A stretch of DNA of 34,748 nucleotides from Thermomicrobiales bacterium (GTDB lineage Bacteria; Chloroflexota; Chloroflexia; Thermomicrobiales; UBA6265): assembly GCA_036280495.1 (NCBI GenBank), contig DASUQU010000036.1, forward strand, positions 1 through 34,748, in the 5' to 3' direction. How positions within the stretch are numbered: position 1 is the first letter of the stretch; each line of letters starts with the position of its first letter. This document shows positions 18,089 through 26,757 of the stretch, piece after piece. The position numbers were made by a program, and so were the translations under genes. A model generated the notes under the pieces. That model did not search any database and was not told the DNA's origin. It saw only the letters and a program-made list of their open reading frames with translations.

Positions 18089-19276
18089 ATGGACGACTTC
18101 ATCTATCTCGATCACGCGGCGACCACCCCGCTCGACTCCGAGGTCCTGGCCGGGATGCTCCCGTACTTCACGGAGCGATACGGAAACCCCTCGAGCATCT
18201 ATCGGCTCGGCCAGGAGTCACGCGCCGCGATCGATCAGGCCCGTAGCGCCTGTGCTCGCGTCCTGGGGTGCGATTCAGGGGAGATCATTTTCACCAGCGG
18301 GGCCACCGAGAGTGATAACCTCGCCTTGCGGGGTGTCGTCTGGGCAGCCAAGCTTGCTCTCCTCGAGAGTGAGACACGACCGCACATAGTCACCACGTCC
18401 ATCGAACACCACGCCGTGCTGCACACTGCGCATGCACTGGAGCGCGAGGGGTTCGCCGCGACGTATGTGGCACCGGATAGCCGTGGTCTCATTGATCCCG
18501 GGGCCGTCGCCGCCGCCGTGCGCCCAGAGACGTGCTTGATCTCGGTCATGTATGCGAACAACGAGTCAGGAGCGATCCAGCCAGTCCAGGAGATTTCCGC
18601 GGTTGCTCGCGACCGCGGTATCCCGCTCCATACCGATGCAGTGCAAGCAGCGGGCACGCTGCCGCTGAACGTCGATGATCTCGGCGTCGACTTACTGTCG
18701 CTCTCGGCTCACAAGTTCTACGGACCGAAGGGAGTCGGCCTGCTCTACGCACGTCGTGGTACGTCTCTCGAATTTCAGCAGAGAGGTGGTGGTCAGGAGC
18801 AGGGTCGGCGCGGCGGAACGGAGAATGTGCCGGGTGTTGTCGGGCTCGGCTTGGCCCTGGAGCGTGCAGATGGGTGGCGGACTGCCTACGCCGATCGTTG
18901 TGCGCGGTTGCGGGACCGGCTCGCTGACGGTCTCTTTGCGGCGATCCCCGAGGCTTCGCTCAATGGCCCGTCCAAGCCCTGGCTCCGACTCCCGAACAAT
19001 CTCAATTTGACCATTCCCGGCATTCAAGGTGAGACGCTGCTTCTCAGCCTGGACGTTCTCGGAGTTGCGGCCTCTGCCGGATCGGCATGCACGACCGGAA
19101 ATACCGAGCCGAGCCACGTCCTTCGGGCAATGGGGATGTCGGATGACGACTGCCAGTCAGCCCTACGGTTCACGGTTGGCCGGTCGAACACTGAAGGACA
19201 AATCGATGACGCCATCGAGGCGGTGGTGTCATCGGTTAGCCGAGCGCGCGCACTTGCCGGAATCGTCGCGGTCTAG
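18089..19276 (+). CDS. Cysteine desulfurase (NifS/IscS class, PLP-dependent)
   Basis: MDDFIYLDHAATTP start, PLP-lysine context SAHKFYGPKGVG, active-site Cys loop SAGSACTTG. The ORF-track GTG at 18041 adds 16 atypical residues. Confidence 0.9.
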   Translation: MDDFIYLDHAATTPLDSEVLAGMLPYFTERYGNPSSIYRLGQESRAAIDQARSACARVLGCDSGEIIFTSGATESDNLALRGVVWAAKLALLESETRPHIVTTSIEHHAVLHTAHALEREGFAATYVAPDSRGLIDPGAVAAAVRPETCLISVMYANNESGAIQPVQEISAVARDRGIPLHTDAVQAAGTLPLNVDDLGVDLLSLSAHKFYGPKGVGLLYARRGTSLEFQQRGGGQEQGRRGGTENVPGVVGLGLALERADGWRTAYADRCARLRDRLADGLFAAIPEASLNGPSKPWLRLPNNLNLTIPGIQGETLLLSLDVLGVAASAGSACTTGNTEPSHVLRAMGMSDDDCQSALRFTVGRSNTEGQIDDAIEAVVSSVSRARALAGIVAV

Positions 19277-19938
19277 CTTGGTTCGGCGGGGTCAGAAGCG
19301 CCGGGAGTCTCACCGGGCGCAGATCCCCGAAACTGCTCGAATGCCCGCTGGGACCCGTCGGCCACTATCTCGGCAAGCGGCGGCAGATCGGCAAGGGACC
19401 GTAACCCGAACTGCCTGAGAAACTCGAGCGAGGTCACGTACTGGTGCGGGTTGCCGACCGTGGGGAGCCTCCCGGCGACTTCGATCAGACCGCGGGCGTA
19501 CAGCGTGGCAAGGACCCCGGAACAATCAACGCCCCGTAGCGCTTCAATCTCGGCCCTCGTTACCGGTTGCCGATACGCGATTAGCGCCAGCGTCTCGAGC
19601 GCTGCCCCAGAGAGCCGTGCCTCTCGGTCTAGGCCGAGGAACCGGCGCACATATGATGCGAATCGGGGGGCAGAGGAGATGTGCGCCGTACCCCGGTGCC
19701 GAATGACAACCCAGCCGCGCGAGGGATTGTCGTTCAGCGTGGAGAGCGCATCTTCGACCGCGGAAACCGTAACACCAGCCGCCGCGGCGAGGTCACGAAG
19801 ATCTGCTGGCTCGGGAGACACAAGCAGCAACGCTTCGAGCAGCGCGGGCAGCTCGCCATGATCGATGCCGACCGGTGTGGCCGACACAGCTGGGCTAGCT
19901 GCGGCCCTCGACTCACGCTCGGCGCTCGGCCGCACCAT
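19273..19938 (-). CDS. scpB: Segregation and condensation protein B
   Basis: ScpB winged-helix repeats (EALLLVSPEP..., LSGAALETLALIAYRQPVTRAEIEALRGVDCSGVLATLYARGLIE). The start is uncertain. ATG 19938 overlaps scpA by 26 nt. The ORF-track TTG at 20010 overlaps it by 98 nt. Confidence 0.82.
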   Translation of the reverse strand: MVRPSAERESRAAASPAVSATPVGIDHGELPALLEALLLVSPEPADLRDLAAAAGVTVSAVEDALSTLNDNPSRGWVVIRHRGTAHISSAPRFASYVRRFLGLDREARLSGAALETLALIAYRQPVTRAEIEALRGVDCSGVLATLYARGLIEVAGRLPTVGNPHQYVTSLEFLRQFGLRSLADLPPLAEIVADGSQRAFEQFRGSAPGETPGASDPAEPS

Positions 19939-20719
19939 TCGTTCCGTCCAGTCGTGACAACTGCATTTCGTTTGATGTGCCGAGTGGGTGTTCCCCGCGC
20001 GCAAGTTCAATCGGGCCGAAGAGCTCTAACTGCGTTGCCATCACCAAATGCCGACGGATCAACGTGAGGAGCGCGAGAAATGCCACCGCGGTGTCCTGGG
20101 GTCCAGCACAGGAGGCTCGGATGCGATCAAAGGAGATGCGTTTCTCGCGATCGAGGGCCGAGGTGATCTTCGAGACCATCTCGCGAAGCGAAATAACGCG
20201 GTAGGAAGGTAAGAGCGTGGGTTTCGGCGGCACGCGGGTCAGCCAGCGGCTGACGGCTTCCGCGAGCGCCGATGGCTGCTGAGGCGCGGATTTGATTGGC
20301 TCTTCCGGTAGGTGAGCGATGGCGTCACCGCGACCGAACGCGCCAGCGCCATTGCGCTGCCGAACGCCCAACAACTCCGCCGCGGCCTTAACCGCTCGGT
20401 ACGCTTCCAGTTGATGGACGAGATCAATTTCTTCGGATTCTTCCAACGGCTTTGCGGGACGGGGCAGCAAGGCTCGGGACTTCAGCACGGAGAGTCGACC
20501 GGCCACCAGAACGAATTCCGCGATTGCGTCCGGGGCTTCCGCGTCCAGCGTGTTCAAATGCTCAAGGAATTGGTCGAAGACGGCAAGGAGTGAGACTTCG
20601 CTTACTGGCAACTGATCCCGCTCGATGAGCCGTAGCAGCACATCAAGTGGTCCCTCGAAGGATGGCAGCCGAAACTGATAGCCATCGAGCGTTGCGGCCA
20701 AAGCGGGCGATTGCGCCAT
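19913..20719 (-). CDS. scpA: Segregation and condensation protein A
   Basis: N-terminal signature FEGPLDVLLRLIERDQL, kleisin-like length (268 aa), immediately upstream of scpB. Confidence 0.88.
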   Translation of the reverse strand: MAQSPALAATLDGYQFRLPSFEGPLDVLLRLIERDQLPVSEVSLLAVFDQFLEHLNTLDAEAPDAIAEFVLVAGRLSVLKSRALLPRPAKPLEESEEIDLVHQLEAYRAVKAAAELLGVRQRNGAGAFGRGDAIAHLPEEPIKSAPQQPSALAEAVSRWLTRVPPKPTLLPSYRVISLREMVSKITSALDREKRISFDRIRASCAGPQDTAVAFLALLTLIRRHLVMATQLELFGPIELARGEHPLGTSNEMQLSRLDGTNGAAERRA

Positions 20720-20796
20720 AGCGTGAGTCTACGCTATGCGGGAGTCGGTATGACCTCCGAGGCACGGCGAGGGTAGGAAGTTCCTCGGCGCCGGTG

Positions 20797-21459
20797 TCAG
20801 CCGACGAAGATCCTAATCAGAAGTCCGAGCACCGGGCTCGTGATGCCGCGGATGATTTCGCTCCCAATGCCTCGCCCAAAAATGAGGAGCAGAATCAGGA
20901 TCGGCACGCCGTAGCGCTCGAGAGGCGCCAGGACCGGACGCCAGAACGACGGTAGCAGGGCCACGAGAATGCGGGACCCGTCAAGTGGCGGCAACGGAAT
21001 CATATTGAACGCCGCAAGACTGAAGTTGACAAGCACGAAGGTTTCTAGGAATTGCTGGCCCTCACCAAGATGCACACCGGCGGATGAGGAAAGACGCCAG
21101 ATGCCGGCGCCGATAGCCCCGAGGACTACATTCGAAAGCGGTCCCGCGAACGCGACAAGAGCCATGCTCCCGTGCCGGCCAAACCTGCCGGCGGGACGCA
21201 GGCGAAAATCATTCACAGGAACGGGCTTGCCCCAGGCAATTCCAGGCAGACCAAGCGCAATTAGGACGAACAGCAAGGCACCGACGGGGTCGAAGTGCAC
21301 CACCGGGTTCAGGCTGACGCGCCCCAGAAGACGCGCGGTGTCGTCGCCGAGCATCCAGGCGGTCCAGGCGTGCATGAACTCATGGACAGTGATGGCGATG
21401 ATGAAGGTGACGATGACCGCGACAAAATACTGCGGATCGAATTCCCCGAATCCGGGCAT
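20797..21459 (-). CDS. Small M50-family (site-2 protease-like) membrane metalloprotease
   Basis: HExxH (HEFMHAWTA), a second motif (FNMIPLPPLDGS), roughly six hydrophobic helices, 220 aa. Confidence 0.8.
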   Translation of the reverse strand: MPGFGEFDPQYFVAVIVTFIIAITVHEFMHAWTAWMLGDDTARLLGRVSLNPVVHFDPVGALLFVLIALGLPGIAWGKPVPVNDFRLRPAGRFGRHGSMALVAFAGPLSNVVLGAIGAGIWRLSSSAGVHLGEGQQFLETFVLVNFSLAAFNMIPLPPLDGSRILVALLPSFWRPVLAPLERYGVPILILLLIFGRGIGSEIIRGITSPVLGLLIRIFVG

Positions 21460-21485
21460 CTAATCACGCCAACCGGGTCGTCGCT

Positions 21486-22604
21486 CTAAATCGCCTGGAA
21501 CTTCGCCGCACCGCCTGGGGCCTGCTCGGCCCCGGAACCGGGATAAAGGTGGCATGCCACGAAGTGGCCGTTGCCCTGGTCGGCAAAGACCGGGTCGACC
21601 TGGCGACAAACTTCCATGGCGTATGGGCAGCGGGTGTGGAAATGGCACCCCGACGGCGGGTTGATCGGACTCGGAACGTCGCCAGGGAGAATGATGCGTT
21701 CGCGCCGCTTTTCGATGACGGGGTCCGGGATCGGAACGGCCGACAGGAGGGCTTTCGTATAGGGATGAAGCGGGTCCTCATAGAGCTCGTTGCGGTCGGC
21801 CATCTCGACGATCTTGCCCAGATACATGACCGCGACACGATCCGAGATGTGTTTCACCACTGACAGGTCGTGGGCAATGAAAAGGTAGGTAAGCCCGAAC
21901 CGCTCTTGCAGATCTTCCAACAGATTGACGATTTGCGCCTGAATCGAAACGTCGAGGGCGGAAACGGGCTCGTCGGCGACGATGAAATCAGGGTTCGCGG
22001 CGAGCGCGCGCGCAATACCGATGCGCTGGCGCTGACCGCCAGAAAACTCGTGTGGGTAGCGATTCGCGAAATAGGGATTGAGACCGACCGTCTCGAGCAG
22101 TTCCTGCACTCGCTGCGTCCGCTCGCGCTTGGGAACCAGATTGTGGATCTGCATCGGCTCGGAAACGATGTTGCCGACGGTCATACGAGGGTTCAGTGAC
22201 GCGTAAGGATCCTGGAAAATCATCTGCAAATGGCGGCGCATCTTGCGCATGTCGCCACCATTGAGCTTGGTTAGATCCTTACCCTTGAAGATGACTTCAC
22301 CGTCGGTAGGTTTGTAGAGCTGCAGAATCGCCCGGCCGGTGGTCGACTTGCCGCAACCGGACTCGCCGACGAGTCCCAGCGTCTCTCCGGGTTTGACACT
22401 GAACGAGATTCCGTCGACGGCCTGAACCGCGCCAACCTTTCGCTGGAAGATGATTCCCCGGGTGAGAGGGAAATGCATCACCAGATTGTTGACGGTCAGG
22501 AGTGACTCCCCGGCGCCATTGCTCATCGCGCCGTTCCCGGTCACCTGGGAATCGGCGCGCGGTGTGGCGACCGGGGGCGCGCCAAGCGATTTCGATGCTG
22601 CCAT
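21486..22604 (-). CDS. oppF: Peptide (Opp/Dpp-type) ABC transporter ATP-binding protein
   Basis: Walker [10 protein letters not shown], signature FSGGQRQR, Walker [13 protein letters not shown], and the Opp C-terminal domain with four Cys. ATG 22604 lies 13 nt after the oppD stop, with GGGGAGA as SD. The ORF-track start at 22751 would overlap oppD. ATG 22526 ([10 protein letters not shown]) is an alternative. Confidence 0.85.
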   Translation of the reverse strand: MAASKSLGAPPVATPRADSQVTGNGAMSNGAGESLLTVNNLVMHFPLTRGIIFQRKVGAVQAVDGISFSVKPGETLGLVGESGCGKSTTGRAILQLYKPTDGEVIFKGKDLTKLNGGDMRKMRRHLQMIFQDPYASLNPRMTVGNIVSEPMQIHNLVPKRERTQRVQELLETVGLNPYFANRYPHEFSGGQRQRIGIARALAANPDFIVADEPVSALDVSIQAQIVNLLEDLQERFGLTYLFIAHDLSVVKHISDRVAVMYLGKIVEMADRNELYEDPLHPYTKALLSAVPIPDPVIEKRRERIILPGDVPSPINPPSGCHFHTRCPYAMEVCRQVDPVFADQGNGHFVACHLYPGSGAEQAPGGAAKFQAI

Positions 22605-22617
22605 GGATCGTCTCCCC

Positions 22618-23820
22618 TCAGACCGAGTTCGTGTCGAGATTCGGCGCTGCGCTGGGAAGCTGCGGGCTGTTGGGATCGGCCAAGCCGTGAGCACCTGGTA
22701 TGACCGTCTCCAGGCTGAAGTCCTCGATACTGGACGGCGGCGGGTGGCCATGGCTGAGGGCGACGAGATCCTGATCGGCCTCCTTGCTCACTTCTTCCCA
22801 GAACCAGCACGCTGACCAGTGACCCGGATTCACCTCGAGGAGGGGCGGATTCTTCTGCTCGCACTTCTCACGCGCGTAGTTGCAACGTGGCACGAATGGG
22901 CACATATCAGGGAGATCGATCAAGTCAGGCGGTAGACCGCGGATCGGTTCGAGCTTTTCCTTGCGCGTGGCGTCGAGGCGAGGGATCGATTTGAGCAGGC
23001 CGACGGTGTAGGGGTGCCGCGGGTTGGCGAAGATCTCTTCGGTCGAAGCCGTTTCGACGATATGGCCGGCGTACATGACCTGGATGCGATCCGCCATGCC
23101 GGCAACCACACCCATCGAGTGGGTGACGAGAATGACCCCCGTGTCTCGCTCCATCTGAAGGGTCCGCATGAGATCGAGAATCTGCGCCTGAATCGTGACA
23201 TCCAACGCGGTAGTCGGCTCATCTGCTATGAGGAGCTTGGGGTTGCACGACAACGCCATCGCGATCATCACGCGCTGGCGCATACCACCTGAAAACTGAT
23301 GCGGATACTGATCGACTCGCTCCTCGGCGTTGGGGATGCCCACCATCTTGAGCAATTCGATCGTGCGATCGCGGGCTTGGCTTTTGTTCATCCCCATGTG
23401 GAGTTGGAGCGCTTCGCTGATCTGCCGGTTGATGGTCAGGACCGGATTCAAGGACGTCATCGGGTCCTGAAAGATCATGGCGATGTCATTGCCACGGATG
23501 GAACGAACCTGCTCATCCGTCATGCGCAGGATGTCATCGCCATTGAAGAAGATCTCGCCCGCCACGATCTTACCGGGAGGGCTAGGGATGAGGCGCATGA
23601 TCGACAGACCGGTCATGCTCTTGCCGCAGCCAGACTCCCCGACGACGCCGAGCGTCTCCCCGGGCATCACATGGAACGAAACGTCATCAACGGCCTTGAC
23701 GACGCCGTCCTGAGTCTTGAACTGTGTCTTCAGGCTGCGAACTTCGAGGACCGGACCGCCCCGACCGTTCTCTTTCGTCTCGGCGCTGGCACGGCGTCTC
23801 GCCCTCTCCCGTGCGACCAT
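22618..23820 (-). CDS. oppD: Peptide (Opp/Dpp-type) ABC transporter ATP-binding protein
   Basis: Walker [11 protein letters not shown], signature FSGGMRQR, Walker [12 protein letters not shown], and the Opp C-terminal domain with four Cys, plus a ~60-aa tail. ATG 23820 lies 5 nt after GAGAGGAG. Confidence 0.88.
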   Translation of the reverse strand: MVARERARRRASAETKENGRGGPVLEVRSLKTQFKTQDGVVKAVDDVSFHVMPGETLGVVGESGCGKSMTGLSIMRLIPSPPGKIVAGEIFFNGDDILRMTDEQVRSIRGNDIAMIFQDPMTSLNPVLTINRQISEALQLHMGMNKSQARDRTIELLKMVGIPNAEERVDQYPHQFSGGMRQRVMIAMALSCNPKLLIADEPTTALDVTIQAQILDLMRTLQMERDTGVILVTHSMGVVAGMADRIQVMYAGHIVETASTEEIFANPRHPYTVGLLKSIPRLDATRKEKLEPIRGLPPDLIDLPDMCPFVPRCNYAREKCEQKNPPLLEVNPGHWSACWFWEEVSKEADQDLVALSHGHPPPSSIEDFSLETVIPGAHGLADPNSPQLPSAAPNLDTNSV

Positions 23821-23980
23821 GGTTGCTCCTCTCGGTCACCGGCTCGCTGGCCCTGGACTCTGCGCAGAATCCTCTTGCCGCTCTAGACCGCTGGACGCGG
23901 CGATCGCTGCCGCGTTGTGCGACCGGTCACGTGCCGCGAAGAACCAAAATCTGTGTAATTCGTCCACATGTTGGCGCCGG

Positions 23981-24009
23981 AGAATACCACAGGCCGTGGA
24001 CATACTCAA
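23981..24009 (-). promoter_or_regulatory. Candidate promoter for oppDF (TTGAGT-17 nt-TATTCT, with TGG directly upstream of the -10)
   Basis: On the minus strand, TTGAGT occupies 24009-24004 and TATTCT 23986-23981. It lies in the relatively AT-rich 212-nt gap between the GNAT gene and oppD. Confidence 0.35.
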
Positions 24010-24032
24010 TCAGCAATCTATTACACGAGCCT

Positions 24033-24527
24033 TTACAGATCGAGCAATTCTTTCCGGAACCGGACCCGGTCCTCGCCCGGTCCATCATAGGCCGGAGTGA
24101 ATGGAATCTCACCCTCGCTGCCAGACCCCGGCAGTGGCGCGAATCCCATCCGGGTGTGGAACGCGATTGAGCCCCGGTTCGTCGGCGCCGTCACGGACAA
24201 CACCTCGTGGCAGCCTTGCGACGCCGCGGCGACAAACAAACGCTGGTAGAGGGCTTCGCCGACACCAAGGCCGCGCCAGCCGGGGTCGACGCCGATGAAG
24301 TGGCAATAGACCTGACGGGGATCAGTTTGGGATTGAAATCCGGCGAGGAACCCAACGATCGCCGCATCATGGAGCGCGACAAAGGTCCACGGTCGAAAGT
24401 GGGTGAAGAAGAGACGAGGCAGCATGCTGGCCATCCGGCGGCCACCCCACCAGTCGTCGACACTGCCGATGACCCGATCGTAGTCGTCTGGCTCCGCGTG
24501 CCGGATCGTGACGCTCATTGTGAACAT
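24033..24527 (-). CDS. GNAT-family N-acetyltransferase
   Basis: Acetyl-CoA binding motif A context IGVDPGWRGLGVGEALYQRLF, 164 aa. ATG 24527 or GTG 24530 overlaps the upstream aldolase stop (GTGATG). Confidence 0.75.
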   Translation of the reverse strand: MFTMSVTIRHAEPDDYDRVIGSVDDWWGGRRMASMLPRLFFTHFRPWTFVALHDAAIVGFLAGFQSQTDPRQVYCHFIGVDPGWRGLGVGEALYQRLFVAAASQGCHEVLSVTAPTNRGSIAFHTRMGFAPLPGSGSEGEIPFTPAYDGPGEDRVRFRKELLDL

Positions 24528-25291
24528 CACCGTTCGATGGCCGCCAGCATTTCTCGCGAAGCGCGCATCAGCAACGCCGGCACGTTCGTCACCACCATCC
24601 GGAACCCCTGCCTCAGTCGGCGGTTTGTCTGCTCCGCATCAGGGGCCACGATCCCGAGGGCAATGTCTCGATCCTTGACGGCGTCGACAACCTGCTGGAT
24701 CACGGCCTCCACCTCGGGATGACCGAGTTGGCCGCCATACCCCATTGACTGGTGAAGATCGGTCGGGCCGACGAAGAAGACGTCGAGACCTTCGGTTTCG
24801 AGCAGGGCGTCGAGGTGCAGGAGAGCGTCAATGTGCTCGAACTGCACAATGCTGAGGACTCGATCGTTGATCGCTGGCACCAGCTCGGACATCGGCTTGC
24901 CCTGGCCATAGTCGAATGTGCGGCCCCCGGCAAGGCCCCGCAAGCCGGCTGGGGCGTACCGCACTGCTTCGACCGCTGCCTGAGCCAGCTCCGGGGTGTT
25001 GGTTTGTGGAATCATCACGCCGGACACTCCGAGGTCGAGGTATTTGAGGACGACCTGACGATCGTTTTCGCCAACGCGCACGAATGCCGGAACATCTCTG
25101 GCTTCGGCGGCGAGGACCATCGGGTAAGCGTCATCGGGGCTGATTCGGCCGTGTTCGGCGTCGAGGAGGGCAAAATCGAATCCAGCCAGGGCTACGATCT
25201 CGACAACGTCCGGCGACGGCATCGGAATGAAAACCCCGATCGCCGTACCGCCTGCACGCAACGTCTCTTTCACGGGATTGTTCAATCGCAT
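24527..25291 (-). CDS. HpcH/HpaI-family aldolase (2-keto-3-deoxy-acid aldolase type)
   Basis: N-terminus MRLNNPVKETLRAGGTAIGVFIPMPSPDVVEIVALAGFDFALLDAEHG, then PFVRV, QFEH and FVGPTDL, typical of the family. ATG 25291 is preferred over the ORF-track TTG at 25303. Confidence 0.83.
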   Translation of the reverse strand: MRLNNPVKETLRAGGTAIGVFIPMPSPDVVEIVALAGFDFALLDAEHGRISPDDAYPMVLAAEARDVPAFVRVGENDRQVVLKYLDLGVSGVMIPQTNTPELAQAAVEAVRYAPAGLRGLAGGRTFDYGQGKPMSELVPAINDRVLSIVQFEHIDALLHLDALLETEGLDVFFVGPTDLHQSMGYGGQLGHPEVEAVIQQVVDAVKDRDIALGIVAPDAEQTNRRLRQGFRMVVTNVPALLMRASREMLAAIER

Positions 25292-25460
25292 CGCAGCCCC
25301 CAAGCCCGCTTCTTGCGGTTCTCCCTCGCCAACTTTCGCTCACTCAGCGTGACGCTCATTCTAGCCAGTCGACGGTACTGCCAGCCCATAGCGCCCCGAG
25401 CGCGGCAAGTGGTGCCTATACAATCGTCGGCAAAGACGTGGGTCCCGGCCGGAGAGGCAA

Positions 25461-26585
25461 GTGGTGACTGTCACCAACCGTGAGCGCCCGAACGGGTCAT
25501 CGGACGCTGAAAGCGAGACCGCATTCTGGCTCGCGATCTCTCGCGTCCCCTACATCGGACCCGCACGCATCGAACGGCTAGTGCAAGAGTTTGGCTCGCT
25601 TTCAACGGCGTGGTCGGCTCCGGTGGAAGAGCTCCGGGTCGCGCTGGAGTCTCGGGCACTCACCGAGTTGCTCGCCGCGCGAAGCCGGATCGATCCGGTC
25701 GTGGAACTCGACCGACTTGGCCGGCTGGGGATCCGCGCGGTCTACCCAGGGCACCCGTCGTACCCACCCCTCCTCGCTGAAATCTCAGGTCGCCCTTCAC
25801 TTCTCTATGTGCGCGGTGAGCTCGTTGCCGGGGACGATACAGCTGTCGCCATCGTCGGCACGCGCCGGGCGACTCCCTATGGAAGGCAAGCGGCAGAGCG
25901 CATTGCCGCCGAGCTTGCCGGGGCTGGTATCACCGTCGTCTCGGGGCTGGCTCGCGGAGTCGACGCCGCAGCCCATCGTGCCGCACTCGAAGCGGGAGGC
26001 CGCACGATCGCCGTCCTCGGCTCCGGTCCCGATGTGATCTATCCAGCCGAGCACCGCCGACTTGCGGAACAGATTCTCGAGTCTGGGGCCATCCTCTCTG
26101 AGTTCCCGCCTGGCGCAAAGCCGGACGCCCAGAATTTTCCGGCCCGTAACCGGATCGTCTCGGGCATGACGCTCGGGACGCTCATTGTCGAGGCACCAGC
26201 ACGGAGTGGCGCACTCATCACCGCGTCATTTGCTGCCGACCAGGGCCGGGAGGTGTTCGTCGTGCCCGGGAGCATCTTTGCCGAGAGCGCTGAGGGAACG
26301 AATGCGCTCCTCAGAGACGGAGCGCGTTTGGTCCGCAACGGTATCGACATACTGGAAGACCTCGGCCTTGGCGTTGGCAGAAACCCGGTTGCGACGCAGA
26401 GCCAGATACCGCTCGAGGAGAACGAACTCAGGTTATATGACGCGTTGCGTAATGAGGCGCGCCACATCGACGAACTGGCGGAGGAAGCTGGACTCCCCGC
26501 CGCTGCTGCATCTGCCCTCTTGCTCACAATGGAACTGAAGGGCCTGGTGCGGAACCATGGGGCGCAGTATTACGTTCTCCGATAG
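25461..26585 (+). CDS. dprA: DNA-processing protein A (Smf/DprA)
   Basis: Rossmann-like DprA core (AIVGTRRATPYG, SGLARGVDAAAHRAALEAGGRTIAVLGSGPDVIYP, NFPARNRI) and a C-terminal winged-helix-like DML1 region. GTG 25461 or 25464 follows GGAGAGG. Confidence 0.88.
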   Translation: MVTVTNRERPNGSSDAESETAFWLAISRVPYIGPARIERLVQEFGSLSTAWSAPVEELRVALESRALTELLAARSRIDPVVELDRLGRLGIRAVYPGHPSYPPLLAEISGRPSLLYVRGELVAGDDTAVAIVGTRRATPYGRQAAERIAAELAGAGITVVSGLARGVDAAAHRAALEAGGRTIAVLGSGPDVIYPAEHRRLAEQILESGAILSEFPPGAKPDAQNFPARNRIVSGMTLGTLIVEAPARSGALITASFAADQGREVFVVPGSIFAESAEGTNALLRDGARLVRNGIDILEDLGLGVGRNPVATQSQIPLEENELRLYDALRNEARHIDELAEEAGLPAAAASALLLTMELKGLVRNHGAQYYVLR

Positions 26586-26634
26586 AGCATCCGCCGTGCC
26601 CAGCTCGGCACTTGAGGTCGCCCCTCGGACGTCC

Positions 26635-26664
26635 TTGACATGGCGCCGCAGGGGTGTCTAAGGT
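26635..26664 (+). promoter_or_regulatory. Candidate promoter for topA (TTGACA-18 nt-TAAGGT)
   Basis: By-eye hexamers at 26635-26640 and 26659-26664, about 95 nt upstream of ATG 26758. Confidence 0.4.
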
Positions 26665-26757
26665 TTCGCCCCGTTCGTGGCGGCGCTGCCGACGCGCTCA
26701 AGAGTCCCACGTTCCCGCATTGAAACCATCCGCCTCGCATGGAGACCCTAGCGCATC

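Noticed and set aside
23962-24001. Inverted repeat GTCCAC-N28-GTGGAC bracketing the candidate oppDF -10 element
   Set aside because: The arms are only 6 bp with a 28-nt spacer. This cannot be distinguished from chance, so it is not reported as an operator.
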